Shown here: in pieces, positions 27,879 through 38,184 of the stretch
How positions within the stretch are numbered: position 1 is the stretch's first letter
Layout of the letters: the number at the start of each line of letters is the position of its first letter
NCBI GenBank assembly: GCA_049287205.1
Contig: JBAQFJ010000001.1
Location: forward strand, 383,041-447,040
DNA length: 64,000 nucleotides
Reading direction: 5' to 3'
DNA from: Microgenomates group bacterium
GTDB lineage: Bacteria; Patescibacteriota; Microgenomatia; UBA10105; UBA927
Program-made: the position numbers and the translations under genes
Notes under the pieces: generated by a model
Databases searched by the model: none
Seen by the model: the letters and a program-made list of their open reading frames with translations, nothing else
Told to the model about the DNA's origin: nothing

Positions 27879-28626
27879 ATGCAATATTCGCAATTTTTTT
27901 GGCAAGAGACACCGGATCATCGGACTGCCAAATATTCCGCCCGATGGCAAATCCTGCGACTCCTGCTGTTTTGCAATCACGGATTTCCGTTAAAAACTCC
28001 TTCTCATTCGTTTTTGAACCTCCTTGTACCAACACGCCGGTTTTCCCCGCTGCTTTCACCACCCATGCATAGGACTCCGGATCACCGGTATAGGGAAGTT
28101 TGACAAAATCCGCACCCAGTTCCAAACCGAGTCTGGCGGCATAAGCAACGATTTCACGGGAATTTTCTTTTCCAACAATGGATTTGCCTCGAGGGTATGC
28201 CCAAAGAATAACAGGAAGTCCCTCCTTATGCGCCTCATCTTCTATGACACTAAACTCTTTCATCATCACCGCCTCATGTTCACTTCCAATATATATAGTA
28301 TATCCGACTGCTTTCGCCCCGAGCCTGATGGCTTCACTGACAGAACAAAGCTGCGGACTATATGGTTCAACCCCCGGATGGAGCGATGTTTTGCCGTTGA
28401 GTTTCAGAATAAGTGGTACTTTTTCTACACCCTTTCGATAATAGCTTTCCGCAATGCCTTCATGAAAAATAATGCCTGTAAATACGTCGGCATCGCGAGC
28501 GATAGTGAGAATATATTCAGGGTCAACATTTTTTTCATTAAAATCTGTAGGCCCGTGTTCAAACCCCTGATCATACGCGAGCAGCAATACGGTATTATTT
28601 CGTTTCAAAAATGATGTATCGATCAT
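27868..28626 (-). CDS. fba: class I fructose-bisphosphate aldolase (archaeal/DhnA type)
   Basis: DhnA-family TIM-barrel aldolase pattern; position within the glycolytic gene block. Confidence 0.65.
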   Translation of the reverse strand: MIDTSFLKRNNTVLLLAYDQGFEHGPTDFNEKNVDPEYILTIARDADVFTGIIFHEGIAESYYRKGVEKVPLILKLNGKTSLHPGVEPYSPQLCSVSEAIRLGAKAVGYTIYIGSEHEAVMMKEFSVIEDEAHKEGLPVILWAYPRGKSIVGKENSREIVAYAARLGLELGADFVKLPYTGDPESYAWVVKAAGKTGVLVQGGSKTNEKEFLTEIRDCKTAGVAGFAIGRNIWQSDDPVSLAKKIANIAYES

Positions 28627-29912
28627 ATATTTTTTGGAAATTTTTGTATCATAATTTCGAGCAGCCGGTTGTATTTTGCAACACGTTCACCTCTTGCGGG
28701 TGCGCCAAACTTTACAGAATCCGATTGAACACCAACAGCCAAGTCGGCAAGAAACGTATCGTTTGTTTCACCGGAGCGATGCGAAATAATACATTTCATT
28801 CCACTTTTCTTTGCAAGTGCAATGGTTGCAAATACCTCAGTTAAGGTGCCCACGCGATTTGGTTTTACAAGCATTGCTGAACACGCTTTTTCCGCTATTG
28901 CCCGTTCTACCCGCGATTTATTTGTTGCAAGCAAATCATCTGCCGCAATAAGCGTGTCTTTATCCATTTCTTTGGTTATAGTCGCCCATCCGTTCCAATC
29001 GTCCTGTTCTAAGGGATCTTCCAAGTACAAAATATGATATTTTGCATGAATATCTTTAAGATATTGAATAAATTCCTTGGTCGAGTATGCAAGCGCTCTG
29101 TCTTTAATAAGATATCCCTGATCTGTTTTAAACAAAGATGCAGCGAGGTCGAGTCCTAAAAATACATCGACACCAAATTGATAGGGAGAGGAACGGATTG
29201 CCTCTAAAATAATTTCGATTGCGTCCGTGTTGGTAAATAAATTTGGAGTGAACCCGCCCTCATCACCGACAGAATGCCCGGCATTTCGAAACGCCAAAAT
29301 TTTTTGCACTGCCCTATATAATTCCACTCCCATTTGATACCCGTCCGCAAATGATTTATTTGATGCAGGGATAATCTGAAACTCCTGAAAGTTCAAATTT
29401 CCCGCCCCGTGTTTCCCTCCGTTTATAAGATTAAATATCGGCGTAGGAATTCGCGAGATTGGCGTTGGAATGTATTGAGAAAATATCGCATTTATGTATT
29501 CGTACAAAGGGGTGCGTCGTGCGTTTGCCGCTGCTACCGAAACAGCCTGTGACACAGCAAGCATGGTGTTTGCGCCAAGTGTTGCTTTCGTTGCGGCATT
29601 GCCATCAAGTTCAATCAGTGTTTTATCTATAAGCGACTGATCGTCCGCCTGTTTTCCTTTAAGTGCAGATGAAATTGTTGTGTTTGAAATACCAACGGCT
29701 TGTATTACACCCATACCGTTAAACCGTTTTTCATCATGATCACGAAGTTCTAAGGCGTCATATTTCCCCGGCGCAAGGCCGGTTGACACAGACGCAGTAC
29801 CGCGATACCCGCTATTGAGCACCACCGTCGTTTCGATTGTCGGCGTTGCGCAGGAATTGATAATCTCACGTGCGTACACCCCGTAAATTTTTGTATCTGT
29901 TTGTGTATCCAT
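28623..29912 (-). CDS. eno: enolase
   Basis: Enolase signature SHRSGETNDTFLADLAV and overall collinearity. Confidence 0.95.
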   Translation of the reverse strand: MDTQTDTKIYGVYAREIINSCATPTIETTVVLNSGYRGTASVSTGLAPGKYDALELRDHDEKRFNGMGVIQAVGISNTTISSALKGKQADDQSLIDKTLIELDGNAATKATLGANTMLAVSQAVSVAAANARRTPLYEYINAIFSQYIPTPISRIPTPIFNLINGGKHGAGNLNFQEFQIIPASNKSFADGYQMGVELYRAVQKILAFRNAGHSVGDEGGFTPNLFTNTDAIEIILEAIRSSPYQFGVDVFLGLDLAASLFKTDQGYLIKDRALAYSTKEFIQYLKDIHAKYHILYLEDPLEQDDWNGWATITKEMDKDTLIAADDLLATNKSRVERAIAEKACSAMLVKPNRVGTLTEVFATIALAKKSGMKCIISHRSGETNDTFLADLAVGVQSDSVKFGAPARGERVAKYNRLLEIMIQKFPKNI

Positions 29913-29914
29913 AG

Positions 29915-32185
29915 TTATGTATGTGCAACTAATTGCTGTTCCGCATGGAATATCGTTTCCCTTACATGATCGACCGCGTCAGCATTCAGAGATACGCTGG
30001 TAATACCCCATTTGACGAGTTTTTCAACAAGATCCGGATAATCTGACGGTGCCTGACCGCAAATGGAGCACGTAACGTTTCTTTTTTGACACGTTTTAAT
30101 TGTTTTTTCAAGCGCCCACAAAACAGAAGGATCCTGTTCATTAAATGCTTTGGCAACTTCGCTGTTATCCCTGTCCGTTCCCATAATAAGCATGGTGAGG
30201 TCATTGGATCCGATGGAGACGCCATCAACACCAACGTCTAAAAATTCATCCAGCCGTATGACATTGGTTGGAATCTCTACCATTAAGAACAGCTTAAAGC
30301 TTGGACTTCTTGTGAGGCCGTTTGCGGCTAAAATTTGTTTAACCGCTAAGAGCTCTTCAGGCGTCCTTACAAAGGGAACCATAAACCACAGATTTTTTAA
30401 CCGGTGTTTATTACGTACTTCCTTAATGGCCGCAAGTTCCATTTCAAAAACTTTTTTATCCGCAATGTATCTTGACGCCCCTCTGAATCCAAGCATAGGA
30501 TTAGATTCTTCCGGTTCATACAAAGCGCCGCCTTTCAGGCTTCTATATTCGTTCGTTTTGAAATCTGTTGCGCGATATATGACGGGGCGCGGAGAAAATG
30601 CCTTACAGAATGTCGCAAGCTGTTCAGACAACGTCGTAATAAACACCTGTTCTTTATGATCTGCAATAAGTTTTTTGGGGTGAATGCCGATGCCTGCGAT
30701 CATAAACTCAGCGCGCAGTAGTCCAACACCATCTACATCCATTCTGGCAATCGTAGTCGCCCGCTCCGGTTCAGCAAGATTCACATATACTTTTGTCGCG
30801 GTTTTTCTGTGCACTTTTACCTGCTGTGTCACCGGTATTTTTAAGGAGTGTGCGGTTAATCCGCCTTTTGATATGATGCCGGTTGATCCGTTTACCGTTA
30901 CGATCATTCCGTCTTTTGCTTTTTTCATGATGCCTTCTGTACCAACCACCGCTGGAATACCAAGTTCCCTCGAAACAATTGCCGCATGTGACGTTCTGCC
31001 GCCGCGCTCGGTTACAATTGCCGCTGCCTTTTTCATTGCAGGAACATAATCCGGATTTGTTTGTTCGGCAACCAATATGTCACCGAGTCGGATTTTTTCT
31101 ATTTCCTTCGCGCTTTGTAAAATTTTGACCGGTCCTGATGCAATGCCGGGACTTGCCGGATCACCGGTTGCGATGACATCCTCTTCTTTAATGACAGAGG
31201 AGTGCGCGTTTTCTGATTTCATTCCTGTTGTAGTCACTGGACGTGTTTGCACAATATAAATCTTATTTTTTTCAATTGCCCATTCGCTATCTTGAGGAAA
31301 ATAATAATGCGCTTCCAGCTTTTTTCCTATGTCTGCGAGGTCAATAATTTGTGCATCTGTCAGTTTATACTGCTCTCCAACTGCTTTTGGTAAGGTGAGG
31401 ATGACATTCTTATTGCCCTTTTTCATCATTTTCTTTTCTTGTGTTTTTGCAATCTTTTTCACAATTTCATTTGTTTTTTTGTTTACTTCATAATGATCGG
31501 GAGTCACCATTCCCTGCACAATCATTTCGCCTAATCCGTAGATCGCTTCAATAACCACATGATCCTTATTATTTGTAACCGGATCAATAGTAAACATAAT
31601 GCCTGACGTATCTGATTCCACCATTTTTTGAACCGGCACTGCAATACCAACGCGGAAGTGGTCAAAATGATTGGTAGCGCGGTAAAAAATAGCCCTACCC
31701 GTAAATAAAGATGCCCAGCATTCTCGAATTTTTTCCAATAGATTTGCTTCACCCTGTACATTCAGGAATGTTTCCTGTTGCCCTGCAAATGAGGCTGTTG
31801 GTAAATCCTCAGCGGTAGCGGAAGACCTGACTGCAACAAGCGGATGTTTGAATACTCCTTTTTCCAGCTGAAAATATGATTGGAAGATTTTTTGCGCAAT
31901 ATCCTTTGGAATTGGCGCGTGTTCGATGATATATCGGACTTTTGTTGCGACTTCATCCAATTTTTTTGAGTTAGAAACGTCTAAACCTGTTAAAAGCGTC
32001 TCAATTTTTGTCCGAAGCTTATTCTCATCTAAGAATTGGTAATACGCGTCTGCAGTGACAATGAATCCGTTCGGTACAGGAAATCCCGCCTTTGTCATTT
32101 CTCCTAAATTTGCCCCTTTTCCACCTACGAGCGGAATATCATCACGACCGACATCACGAAACCAAACAACGAATTTTTTCGCCAT
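29915..32185 (-). CDS. ppsA: phosphoenolpyruvate synthase / pyruvate, water dikinase family
   Basis: PEP-utilising-enzyme N-terminal ATP-grasp (VGGKGANLGEM), mobile His domain (GGRTSHAAIVSRELGIPAVVG), C-terminal PEP-binding TIM barrel; 756 aa. Confidence 0.85.
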   Translation of the reverse strand: MAKKFVVWFRDVGRDDIPLVGGKGANLGEMTKAGFPVPNGFIVTADAYYQFLDENKLRTKIETLLTGLDVSNSKKLDEVATKVRYIIEHAPIPKDIAQKIFQSYFQLEKGVFKHPLVAVRSSATAEDLPTASFAGQQETFLNVQGEANLLEKIRECWASLFTGRAIFYRATNHFDHFRVGIAVPVQKMVESDTSGIMFTIDPVTNNKDHVVIEAIYGLGEMIVQGMVTPDHYEVNKKTNEIVKKIAKTQEKKMMKKGNKNVILTLPKAVGEQYKLTDAQIIDLADIGKKLEAHYYFPQDSEWAIEKNKIYIVQTRPVTTTGMKSENAHSSVIKEEDVIATGDPASPGIASGPVKILQSAKEIEKIRLGDILVAEQTNPDYVPAMKKAAAIVTERGGRTSHAAIVSRELGIPAVVGTEGIMKKAKDGMIVTVNGSTGIISKGGLTAHSLKIPVTQQVKVHRKTATKVYVNLAEPERATTIARMDVDGVGLLRAEFMIAGIGIHPKKLIADHKEQVFITTLSEQLATFCKAFSPRPVIYRATDFKTNEYRSLKGGALYEPEESNPMLGFRGASRYIADKKVFEMELAAIKEVRNKHRLKNLWFMVPFVRTPEELLAVKQILAANGLTRSPSFKLFLMVEIPTNVIRLDEFLDVGVDGVSIGSNDLTMLIMGTDRDNSEVAKAFNEQDPSVLWALEKTIKTCQKRNVTCSICGQAPSDYPDLVEKLVKWGITSVSLNADAVDHVRETIFHAEQQLVAHT

Positions 32186-32226
32186 ATATTCAGTATGGAG
32201 AAAAATATCAATTCGTGCAAGAGGGC

Positions 32227-33315
32227 TTACTTAAATTCGCCTAATGGTTGACCTAACTGCGTCTTAAAATAGTCAACCCATGGAATTGGTGCTGGGTCTA
32301 TATTATGCAACATTGATAAATAATAGTTGATGAGCGCACCAAATTGGATGACATCAAAGGATTCGACCAATGCATCACCCGCAGTTACATGATACTCAAC
32401 CACCTCAATACCATTTTGCTCAATAACATCTTTCGTGATGGCAAACCGCTTCTTAATAGATTCGGAATAAGAATCAGACACTATCAAAAAGAAAATGACA
32501 CTTTCTTTATTGATTGCAGGAAATGCCAATCCTTCCATCAAATGATGATTGAGCTCCGGAATTTCGTGAAGATGAGACAAATGTTTTGCATTCTCATTCA
32601 TCTGATTTTTTATTGTATGAATAGCGCCTATCAAATGACTTGCGCCGACAAAAATCACTTGCTTTTCGGCAATTGCACTTGCAAGTTGTTTTGCAGGGTT
32701 TGTTACAGTAGTATTCTCTCTCTTTTGGGCATCAATAATTGAGTTCATGCGTGCTACACTTGCATCAATCTCCTTTTGACCAAACGAGATAATTCCGTCT
32801 GCTGCGACCAGTCGAAGTTGTCCAACAACGGAATAGCCGATGGCAAGACGAGGTTGTTTGGACGGATTATATGTTGGTTCGATTTGGTAATACGGCACAC
32901 CTTCGGCTTTAGCGAGTGCAATAAGTTCAGCCCCAGCGCTGATTGCCATCCACTTCATTTTCTTTTCAATTGCACTTTTTGCGTTGGAAATTGTTTCTTC
33001 AGTGGTTCCTGAAAAACTGGAGCAGATAACCAGAGTTTTATCATCTACCCATGCAGGCAGCCCATACCCGTTATATCTGATGACCGGATATTTCAGGTTG
33101 CTTGCATACACAGATTCGATAATGCGTGCTCCAAGGCCTGATCCACCCATGCCTGTCATCAGAATCTTATCAATATCTTTATAAGAAGCGGGAACAACCA
33201 AATTTGCTGTAGCATCAAATGCGTGCTGACATTGTTTTGGAAACGATACGATAGATTCGTAGGTTTGTGATACGTCCAGTTTTATTTGTGCTTCAATATC
33301 ATCTAGTTGTGCCAT
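32227..33315 (-). CDS. bifunctional phosphoglucose/phosphomannose isomerase (SIS-domain, archaeal-type PGI/PMI)
   Basis: Two SIS-like halves, length and motif pattern of the PGI/PMI family; adjacent to pgm. Confidence 0.6.
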   Translation of the reverse strand: MAQLDDIEAQIKLDVSQTYESIVSFPKQCQHAFDATANLVVPASYKDIDKILMTGMGGSGLGARIIESVYASNLKYPVIRYNGYGLPAWVDDKTLVICSSFSGTTEETISNAKSAIEKKMKWMAISAGAELIALAKAEGVPYYQIEPTYNPSKQPRLAIGYSVVGQLRLVAADGIISFGQKEIDASVARMNSIIDAQKRENTTVTNPAKQLASAIAEKQVIFVGASHLIGAIHTIKNQMNENAKHLSHLHEIPELNHHLMEGLAFPAINKESVIFFLIVSDSYSESIKKRFAITKDVIEQNGIEVVEYHVTAGDALVESFDVIQFGALINYYLSMLHNIDPAPIPWVDYFKTQLGQPLGEFK

Positions 33316-33362
33316 AGCTCTCCTTTTTTATAAATAATTAATACCAAGGTGTGTAAAAATAG

Positions 33363-34724
33363 TTATTTGACAATTGCTCCCATGGATTTCATAAACTCCA
33401 TTAATTCATTTGTTTTTGTTTCTAGAATTTCTTTAGTATCTGCTTCCACATTTAATCTGATAACCGGCTCCGTTTTTGATGCCCTCACATTAAACCAGTA
33501 GGTTGGGTACCAAACAGACATGCCATCCAATTCATCTTTACTTGTTGCATCAGTAAAGCCTGTCCGAATTCGTTCAATGATCTCTGGAATTTTATCCGTG
33601 GTGAAATTAATTTCTCCACTTGCGGGATAGATATCAAGTTCATCCACAAATTCTGACAGTTTTTTTGTTTCAGTTCCCAAAAGTGACAATACCATAAGCG
33701 CTGTTAATACGCCGCTTTCTGCACGGTAAAAATCACGATTGTAATAATGTCCTGAATGTTCACCTGCAAAAATTGCGCCTGTTTCCTTCATGTAGGTCTT
33801 TATGTAACTGTGCCCTACACGAACCCGTTGTGGTTTTCCTCCGAAGTCAGTGATAATTTTAGGAACAATACGACCGCAAATTGCATTATACAAAATAGTC
33901 TCACCTGGATATTTCTTTAAAATATATCTTGCAAGAAGTGCTGTGGTAATTGTTCCGCTCACCATTCTTCCTTTGTCATCAACCAAAAACATACGGTCAG
34001 CATCACCGTCAAACGTAAGACCGAGATCAGCATGCGTTTCAAGAATGGTTTTCTGCAGCATTTCATTATTTTTTGGAATCAGCGGATTTGGCGTATGATT
34101 GGGAAAATGACCGTCGAGATCAAAGTAAAGTGGAACAAGTTCAAATGGTAATCCTTCAAAAATTGCTGGAATGATTTTACCCGCCATACCGTTTCCGGCA
34201 TCAACAACTATTTTCATCTTTTTAAAAGTCGTGCCATCCACAAGAGATAGCACTTTTTTCTTCCATTCATCCCAAACATCAATCATGGTTATTGTTCCTG
34301 CCGTCTCTGCAACAGGAAGCGGACCTTCCTTAATCAGATCACGCACCTCATACATACCGCTGTCGCTGGTAACAGCGATTGGTCCTTTTAGTACCATTTT
34401 AAAACCGTTATATTCAGGCGGATTATGTGAAGCTGAAATCATAATGACCAAATCATAATCCTTGGTTCCTGCAATGTAGTACTGCATCTCTGTTCCGACA
34501 ACTCCCGCGTCAAAAACAGCAACGCCAAGTGTGCTAAATACAGATGCGAACCCGTTTCTGATTTCCTCACCGGAAAGTCGCATATCGCGGCAGATAGCGA
34601 TGGTTTTTGGATGAAATTTTCGTACAATTGCGTGTGCTATTTCAGAAGCGATCTCCCCGTTAATTTGGTTTGGATACGTACCGCGAACATCGTAATCCTT
34701 AAAAATGGAAAGGTCTGTTTTCAT
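33363..34724 (-). CDS. phosphoglucomutase/phosphomannomutase (alpha-D-phosphohexomutase)
   Basis: Active-site SASHNPPEYNGFK, metal-binding FDGDADR. Start at MKTDLSIF with GGAGGACAT ATG SD. Confidence 0.85.
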   Translation of the reverse strand: MKTDLSIFKDYDVRGTYPNQINGEIASEIAHAIVRKFHPKTIAICRDMRLSGEEIRNGFASVFSTLGVAVFDAGVVGTEMQYYIAGTKDYDLVIMISASHNPPEYNGFKMVLKGPIAVTSDSGMYEVRDLIKEGPLPVAETAGTITMIDVWDEWKKKVLSLVDGTTFKKMKIVVDAGNGMAGKIIPAIFEGLPFELVPLYFDLDGHFPNHTPNPLIPKNNEMLQKTILETHADLGLTFDGDADRMFLVDDKGRMVSGTITTALLARYILKKYPGETILYNAICGRIVPKIITDFGGKPQRVRVGHSYIKTYMKETGAIFAGEHSGHYYNRDFYRAESGVLTALMVLSLLGTETKKLSEFVDELDIYPASGEINFTTDKIPEIIERIRTGFTDATSKDELDGMSVWYPTYWFNVRASKTEPVIRLNVEADTKEILETKTNELMEFMKSMGAIVK

Positions 34725-34734
34725 ATGTCCTCCT

Positions 34735-35424
34735 TTATAGTGCTGCAACAAATACGTTTAGATTATCTGCCGTGGTATATGGGGAATTCCCCTGTTTTAA
34801 TTGATATTCAGAAGTGAGTAAGGTTTTATGCATATCGAGCAGTTTATCCATCGTAAACAAGCGCGTCTGGTTTGTCAAACGCGATGCCTGCCACGAAGAC
34901 ATGCGTTCCGGTATCACAGAATCCTTCATTTGTATAAGAATTCGCACACGGGAGATCAGCATGCTCCAAATAAGTTCCGAGCTTTCGGTGCTGAGCAGTT
35001 CCTCAAGAAGCATTAGGCTTTTTTTGCTACCCATAGGCTGTAATGAATCAAGAAATGAAAAAATAATTTTTGGATACGCGAAAAGACGTTCTGATATTTC
35101 CGGTGCTAAAAGTCCTAAAATTTCTTTTCCTAAAACTTTTGATTCCCAAATAACAATCGTTGTTTGTTTATCCGACGTTTTTAGAATATTTGCATACACG
35201 GTGGCTAATTTTATTTTTTTGCCCAATGGACTGAACAGATTTTCAATAAAGATGCTAGTGGTGTCACCAAATAACGAGTTAGATTCGACTGCTTGCGTGA
35301 GGAGCGTTTCATCAAGTTCTTTACCGACAAGCTCACGAATATCCATATGTGTATTCGCTGTTTTTAGATGAATAAATTCATTTCGCGAACTTTCAGTATT
35401 ATCTCCGTGTAAAATGACTTTCAT
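34735..35424 (-). CDS. putative DNA polymerase III delta subunit (HolA-like), short
   Basis: N-terminal MKVILHGDN...F pattern and helical C-terminus resemble HolA; only 229 aa. Confidence 0.35.
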   Translation of the reverse strand: MKVILHGDNTESSRNEFIHLKTANTHMDIRELVGKELDETLLTQAVESNSLFGDTTSIFIENLFSPLGKKIKLATVYANILKTSDKQTTIVIWESKVLGKEILGLLAPEISERLFAYPKIIFSFLDSLQPMGSKKSLMLLEELLSTESSELIWSMLISRVRILIQMKDSVIPERMSSWQASRLTNQTRLFTMDKLLDMHKTLLTSEYQLKQGNSPYTTADNLNVFVAAL

Positions 35425-35864
35425 ACGTGTTTTTTTTTCATGGTTTCTGTGATATATGTGTTGGCTGCAGTCAGCACCGGTTTGTTTGATTTTTCGTACC
35501 CAATGAGCGCAAGCGCCTTATCCATGTGCATCCATACAATTTCTGTAATTCCTTCTTCAATTTGCGGCGTGAGGTGCTCCTCTTTGTCGGAAAGGAATAG
35601 AAAATATTGCACCTGTTTTTTGATTGATTGGCCGTCTCTTGTATAGAAATAGGAAACCTTAGGAAGGTCTGACAGAAGTGTTATGTTCGTAATACCTGTT
35701 TCTTCAGTTGCCTCGCGCTTGGCTGTTTGTTTTGCCTCTTCCCCAAGCTCCATAAACCCTTTTGGAAATGTCAGTATGCCTTTCATATCGCGGATTAACA
35801 AGACTTCCCATGTGTTTGACAAATTCCGTATGATGACCGCACCCGCTGATTGTTCTTGCTTCAT
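35421..35864 (-). CDS. NUDIX hydrolase
   Basis: Nudix box GFMELGEEAKQTAKREATEETGI. Confidence 0.8.
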   Translation of the reverse strand: MKQEQSAGAVIIRNLSNTWEVLLIRDMKGILTFPKGFMELGEEAKQTAKREATEETGITNITLLSDLPKVSYFYTRDGQSIKKQVQYFLFLSDKEEHLTPQIEEGITEIVWMHMDKALALIGYEKSNKPVLTAANTYITETMKKKHV

Positions 35865-35868
35865 ATAG

Positions 35869-37068
35869 TTATGTTGTATTTTTTGGATAATATTTTTTTC
35901 CTTTTAATTTGTCAGGCAAAAAACTATCACGAGAATACGTATCATATCCTTTTCCATATCCTAAATCCTTCATCAGATTTGTCGGCGCATTTCGGATAGA
36001 TAATGGTATCGGTACATTGCCAAACGCGTCAACGTCTGATAATGCGGACATATAGGCATTGTATGCATCTCTATTTTTCGGCGCTTTGCAGAGGTACGCA
36101 ACCCCATGTGCCAGATTTTCCTGACATTCCGGTGGTCCTATTGTCTCACATGCGCGAAACACCGCGTTGGCAACGACCAAGGCGGTTGGCTGAGCCATAC
36201 CGATATCTTCCGATGCAAATACCACCATACGCCGTGCGATAAACAACGGGTCTTCTCCTGCTCTGACCATTCGTGCCAGATAATACAGTGCCGCGTCAGT
36301 ATCACTTGCACGCATGGATTTAATGAAGGCACTAATAGTGTTGTAATGTTCGTCGCCAAGCTTATCATATTGAAGCATCTTTCGTTGCGCCGCTTCTTCA
36401 ATGTCAGCCACTTCCAATTTTTTATTGGTATTTAATTTTGAAGCAATTTCTATAATTGTGAGTACCTGTCTTGCATCTCCATTGGAAAACGCCAAAAGAG
36501 CAGACAACGCTTCATCAGTTATTGTTCTTTTTACATAGTGCAGGCCTCTTGCGGCAATCGCCTTCAATTCGTCTTCAGTTAATGCATGAAGCACTAATAC
36601 ACGACTTCTCGACAAAAGAGGAGAAATAACTTCAAATGACGGATTTTCAGTAGTAGCTCCGATAAAAATAACCGTACCTTTTTCCACATGCGGAAGTAAT
36701 GCATCCTGTTGCGCCTTATTAAACCGGTGAATTTCATCAATAAATAATACTGTTCGTATGTGCGTTTCTTCTAATCGTTTTGCCGCCTCTGCAATAACGC
36801 CCCTGATATCTGCCAAGTTCGTTGTTACTGCAGACTTAGAAATAAACACAGATTTTGTGAGTGTACTTACCAGTTCTGCTAAAGTTGTCTTGCCGCATCC
36901 GGGAGGTCCCCAAAAAATCATTGATGGAATAAATCCGCTCACGAGCATTTTTCGTAAAATACCATCCACTCCCACAATGTGCGTTTGCCCAATAACATCA
37001 TCAAGAGAAGTGGGACGAAGCACCTCAGCAAGAGGTTTTGATTCTACTATTCCATCGTTTTTCTTCAC
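35869..37068 (-). CDS. rarA: replication-associated recombination protein A (RarA/MgsA AAA+ ATPase)
   Basis: Walker A GPPGCGKTT, Walker B LFIDEIHRFNK, sensor/arginine-finger pattern, C-terminal MgsA helical domain. Confidence 0.9.
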   Translation of the reverse strand: MKKNDGIVESKPLAEVLRPTSLDDVIGQTHIVGVDGILRKMLVSGFIPSMIFWGPPGCGKTTLAELVSTLTKSVFISKSAVTTNLADIRGVIAEAAKRLEETHIRTVLFIDEIHRFNKAQQDALLPHVEKGTVIFIGATTENPSFEVISPLLSRSRVLVLHALTEDELKAIAARGLHYVKRTITDEALSALLAFSNGDARQVLTIIEIASKLNTNKKLEVADIEEAAQRKMLQYDKLGDEHYNTISAFIKSMRASDTDAALYYLARMVRAGEDPLFIARRMVVFASEDIGMAQPTALVVANAVFRACETIGPPECQENLAHGVAYLCKAPKNRDAYNAYMSALSDVDAFGNVPIPLSIRNAPTNLMKDLGYGKGYDTYSRDSFLPDKLKGKKYYPKNTT

Positions 37069-37072
37069 GGCT

Positions 37073-38179
37073 TTATTCTAACACTGCTTCCCATGGGAAT
37101 CCATCCCGTCCGAAATGTCCGTAGCTTGCCGTTTTTTCATAGATCGGTTGCCGAAGCCGTAAGCCATTAATAATTCCCAGTACCGAAAGTGACAACAATT
37201 CTTTTGCATATGCTTTGATGATCGCAATAGATTTTTTCTCTGTTCCAAAACATTCAAATTGCATATCAATGGGTTCAGCTTGACCGATAACATATGCAAC
37301 GCGCACTTCTACACGGCGGGCGAGCTTTTGCGCAACAATATTTTTTGCCAAATACCTGCATGCATATGCCGCACTTCTGTCAACTTTGGTTGGATCTTTT
37401 CCGGAAAAACATCCGCCGCCATGTCTGGCAAATGAGCCGTATGTATCAACGATAATTTTTCTGCCGGTTACCCCTGTGTCTGAAGCGGGTCCGCCAATAT
37501 CCCATTTACCCGTACCATTTAAAATAATTGCGTCAGACTCAGGAAGTTCCATGTGGTACTTATTGCAAACAGGACGCACAACGTGCTCTATCAACTCTCG
37601 TTTTACTTCCGCATTTGTTTTTTTGGGGTCATGTGGAACAGCAAGAACGACATTTTCAATTGCTTTTGGTAGATTTCCATCGTATTTTATTTTAATTTCC
37701 ACTTTTCCGTCGGGCCGAAGATACGACAGTATTTTTTTCTCCCTCGCAGTATCAATTAATTCCGCTATTCTGTGTGACAACATAATTGGCATCGGCATGT
37801 ATTCAGGAGTTTCATCTGTCGCATATCCAAACATCATTCCCTGATCGCCGGCACCTCCATCATCAACGCCACGCGCAATATCCGGTGACTGTTCATGAAC
37901 ATATACAGAAATTGGTGACATATCTGTAAAACCGTATATGGATTTAGTGAACCCTAATCTCCGAATGGTAGCACGCGCGATACCCGCGTAATCCAATTTC
38001 TTAGGAACAGTCACTTCTCCAGCAAGGACTACTCTATTTGTTGTCACCAATGTTTCGACAGCAACGCGTGATTTTGGATCTGCAGTAAGTGCCGCATCAA
38101 CAATCGCATCAGAAATTTGGTCACAGATTTTATCAGGATGTCCGGAACAGACAGATTCAGAAGTAAAATAGGTTATCAT
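37073..38179 (-). CDS. metK: S-adenosylmethionine synthetase (MetK)
   Basis: GHPDKICDQISDAIVDA and the GGGAFSGKDPTKVDRS P-loop signature. Start reassigned to MITYFTSE (AAAGGAAAC SD); the upstream 39 codons of the track ORF are the riboswitch leader. Confidence 0.9.
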   Translation of the reverse strand: MITYFTSESVCSGHPDKICDQISDAIVDAALTADPKSRVAVETLVTTNRVVLAGEVTVPKKLDYAGIARATIRRLGFTKSIYGFTDMSPISVYVHEQSPDIARGVDDGGAGDQGMMFGYATDETPEYMPMPIMLSHRIAELIDTAREKKILSYLRPDGKVEIKIKYDGNLPKAIENVVLAVPHDPKKTNAEVKRELIEHVVRPVCNKYHMELPESDAIILNGTGKWDIGGPASDTGVTGRKIIVDTYGSFARHGGGCFSGKDPTKVDRSAAYACRYLAKNIVAQKLARRVEVRVAYVIGQAEPIDMQFECFGTEKKSIAIIKAYAKELLSLSVLGIINGLRLRQPIYEKTASYGHFGRDGFPWEAVLE

Positions 38180-38184
38180 ATGTT

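Noticed and set aside
27879-27980. 34-codon N-terminal extension of the PfkB kinase ORF
   Set aside because: It would overlap the upstream fba gene by more than 100 nt. The conserved kinase N-terminus (VVVIGDVTID) begins right after the internal Met.
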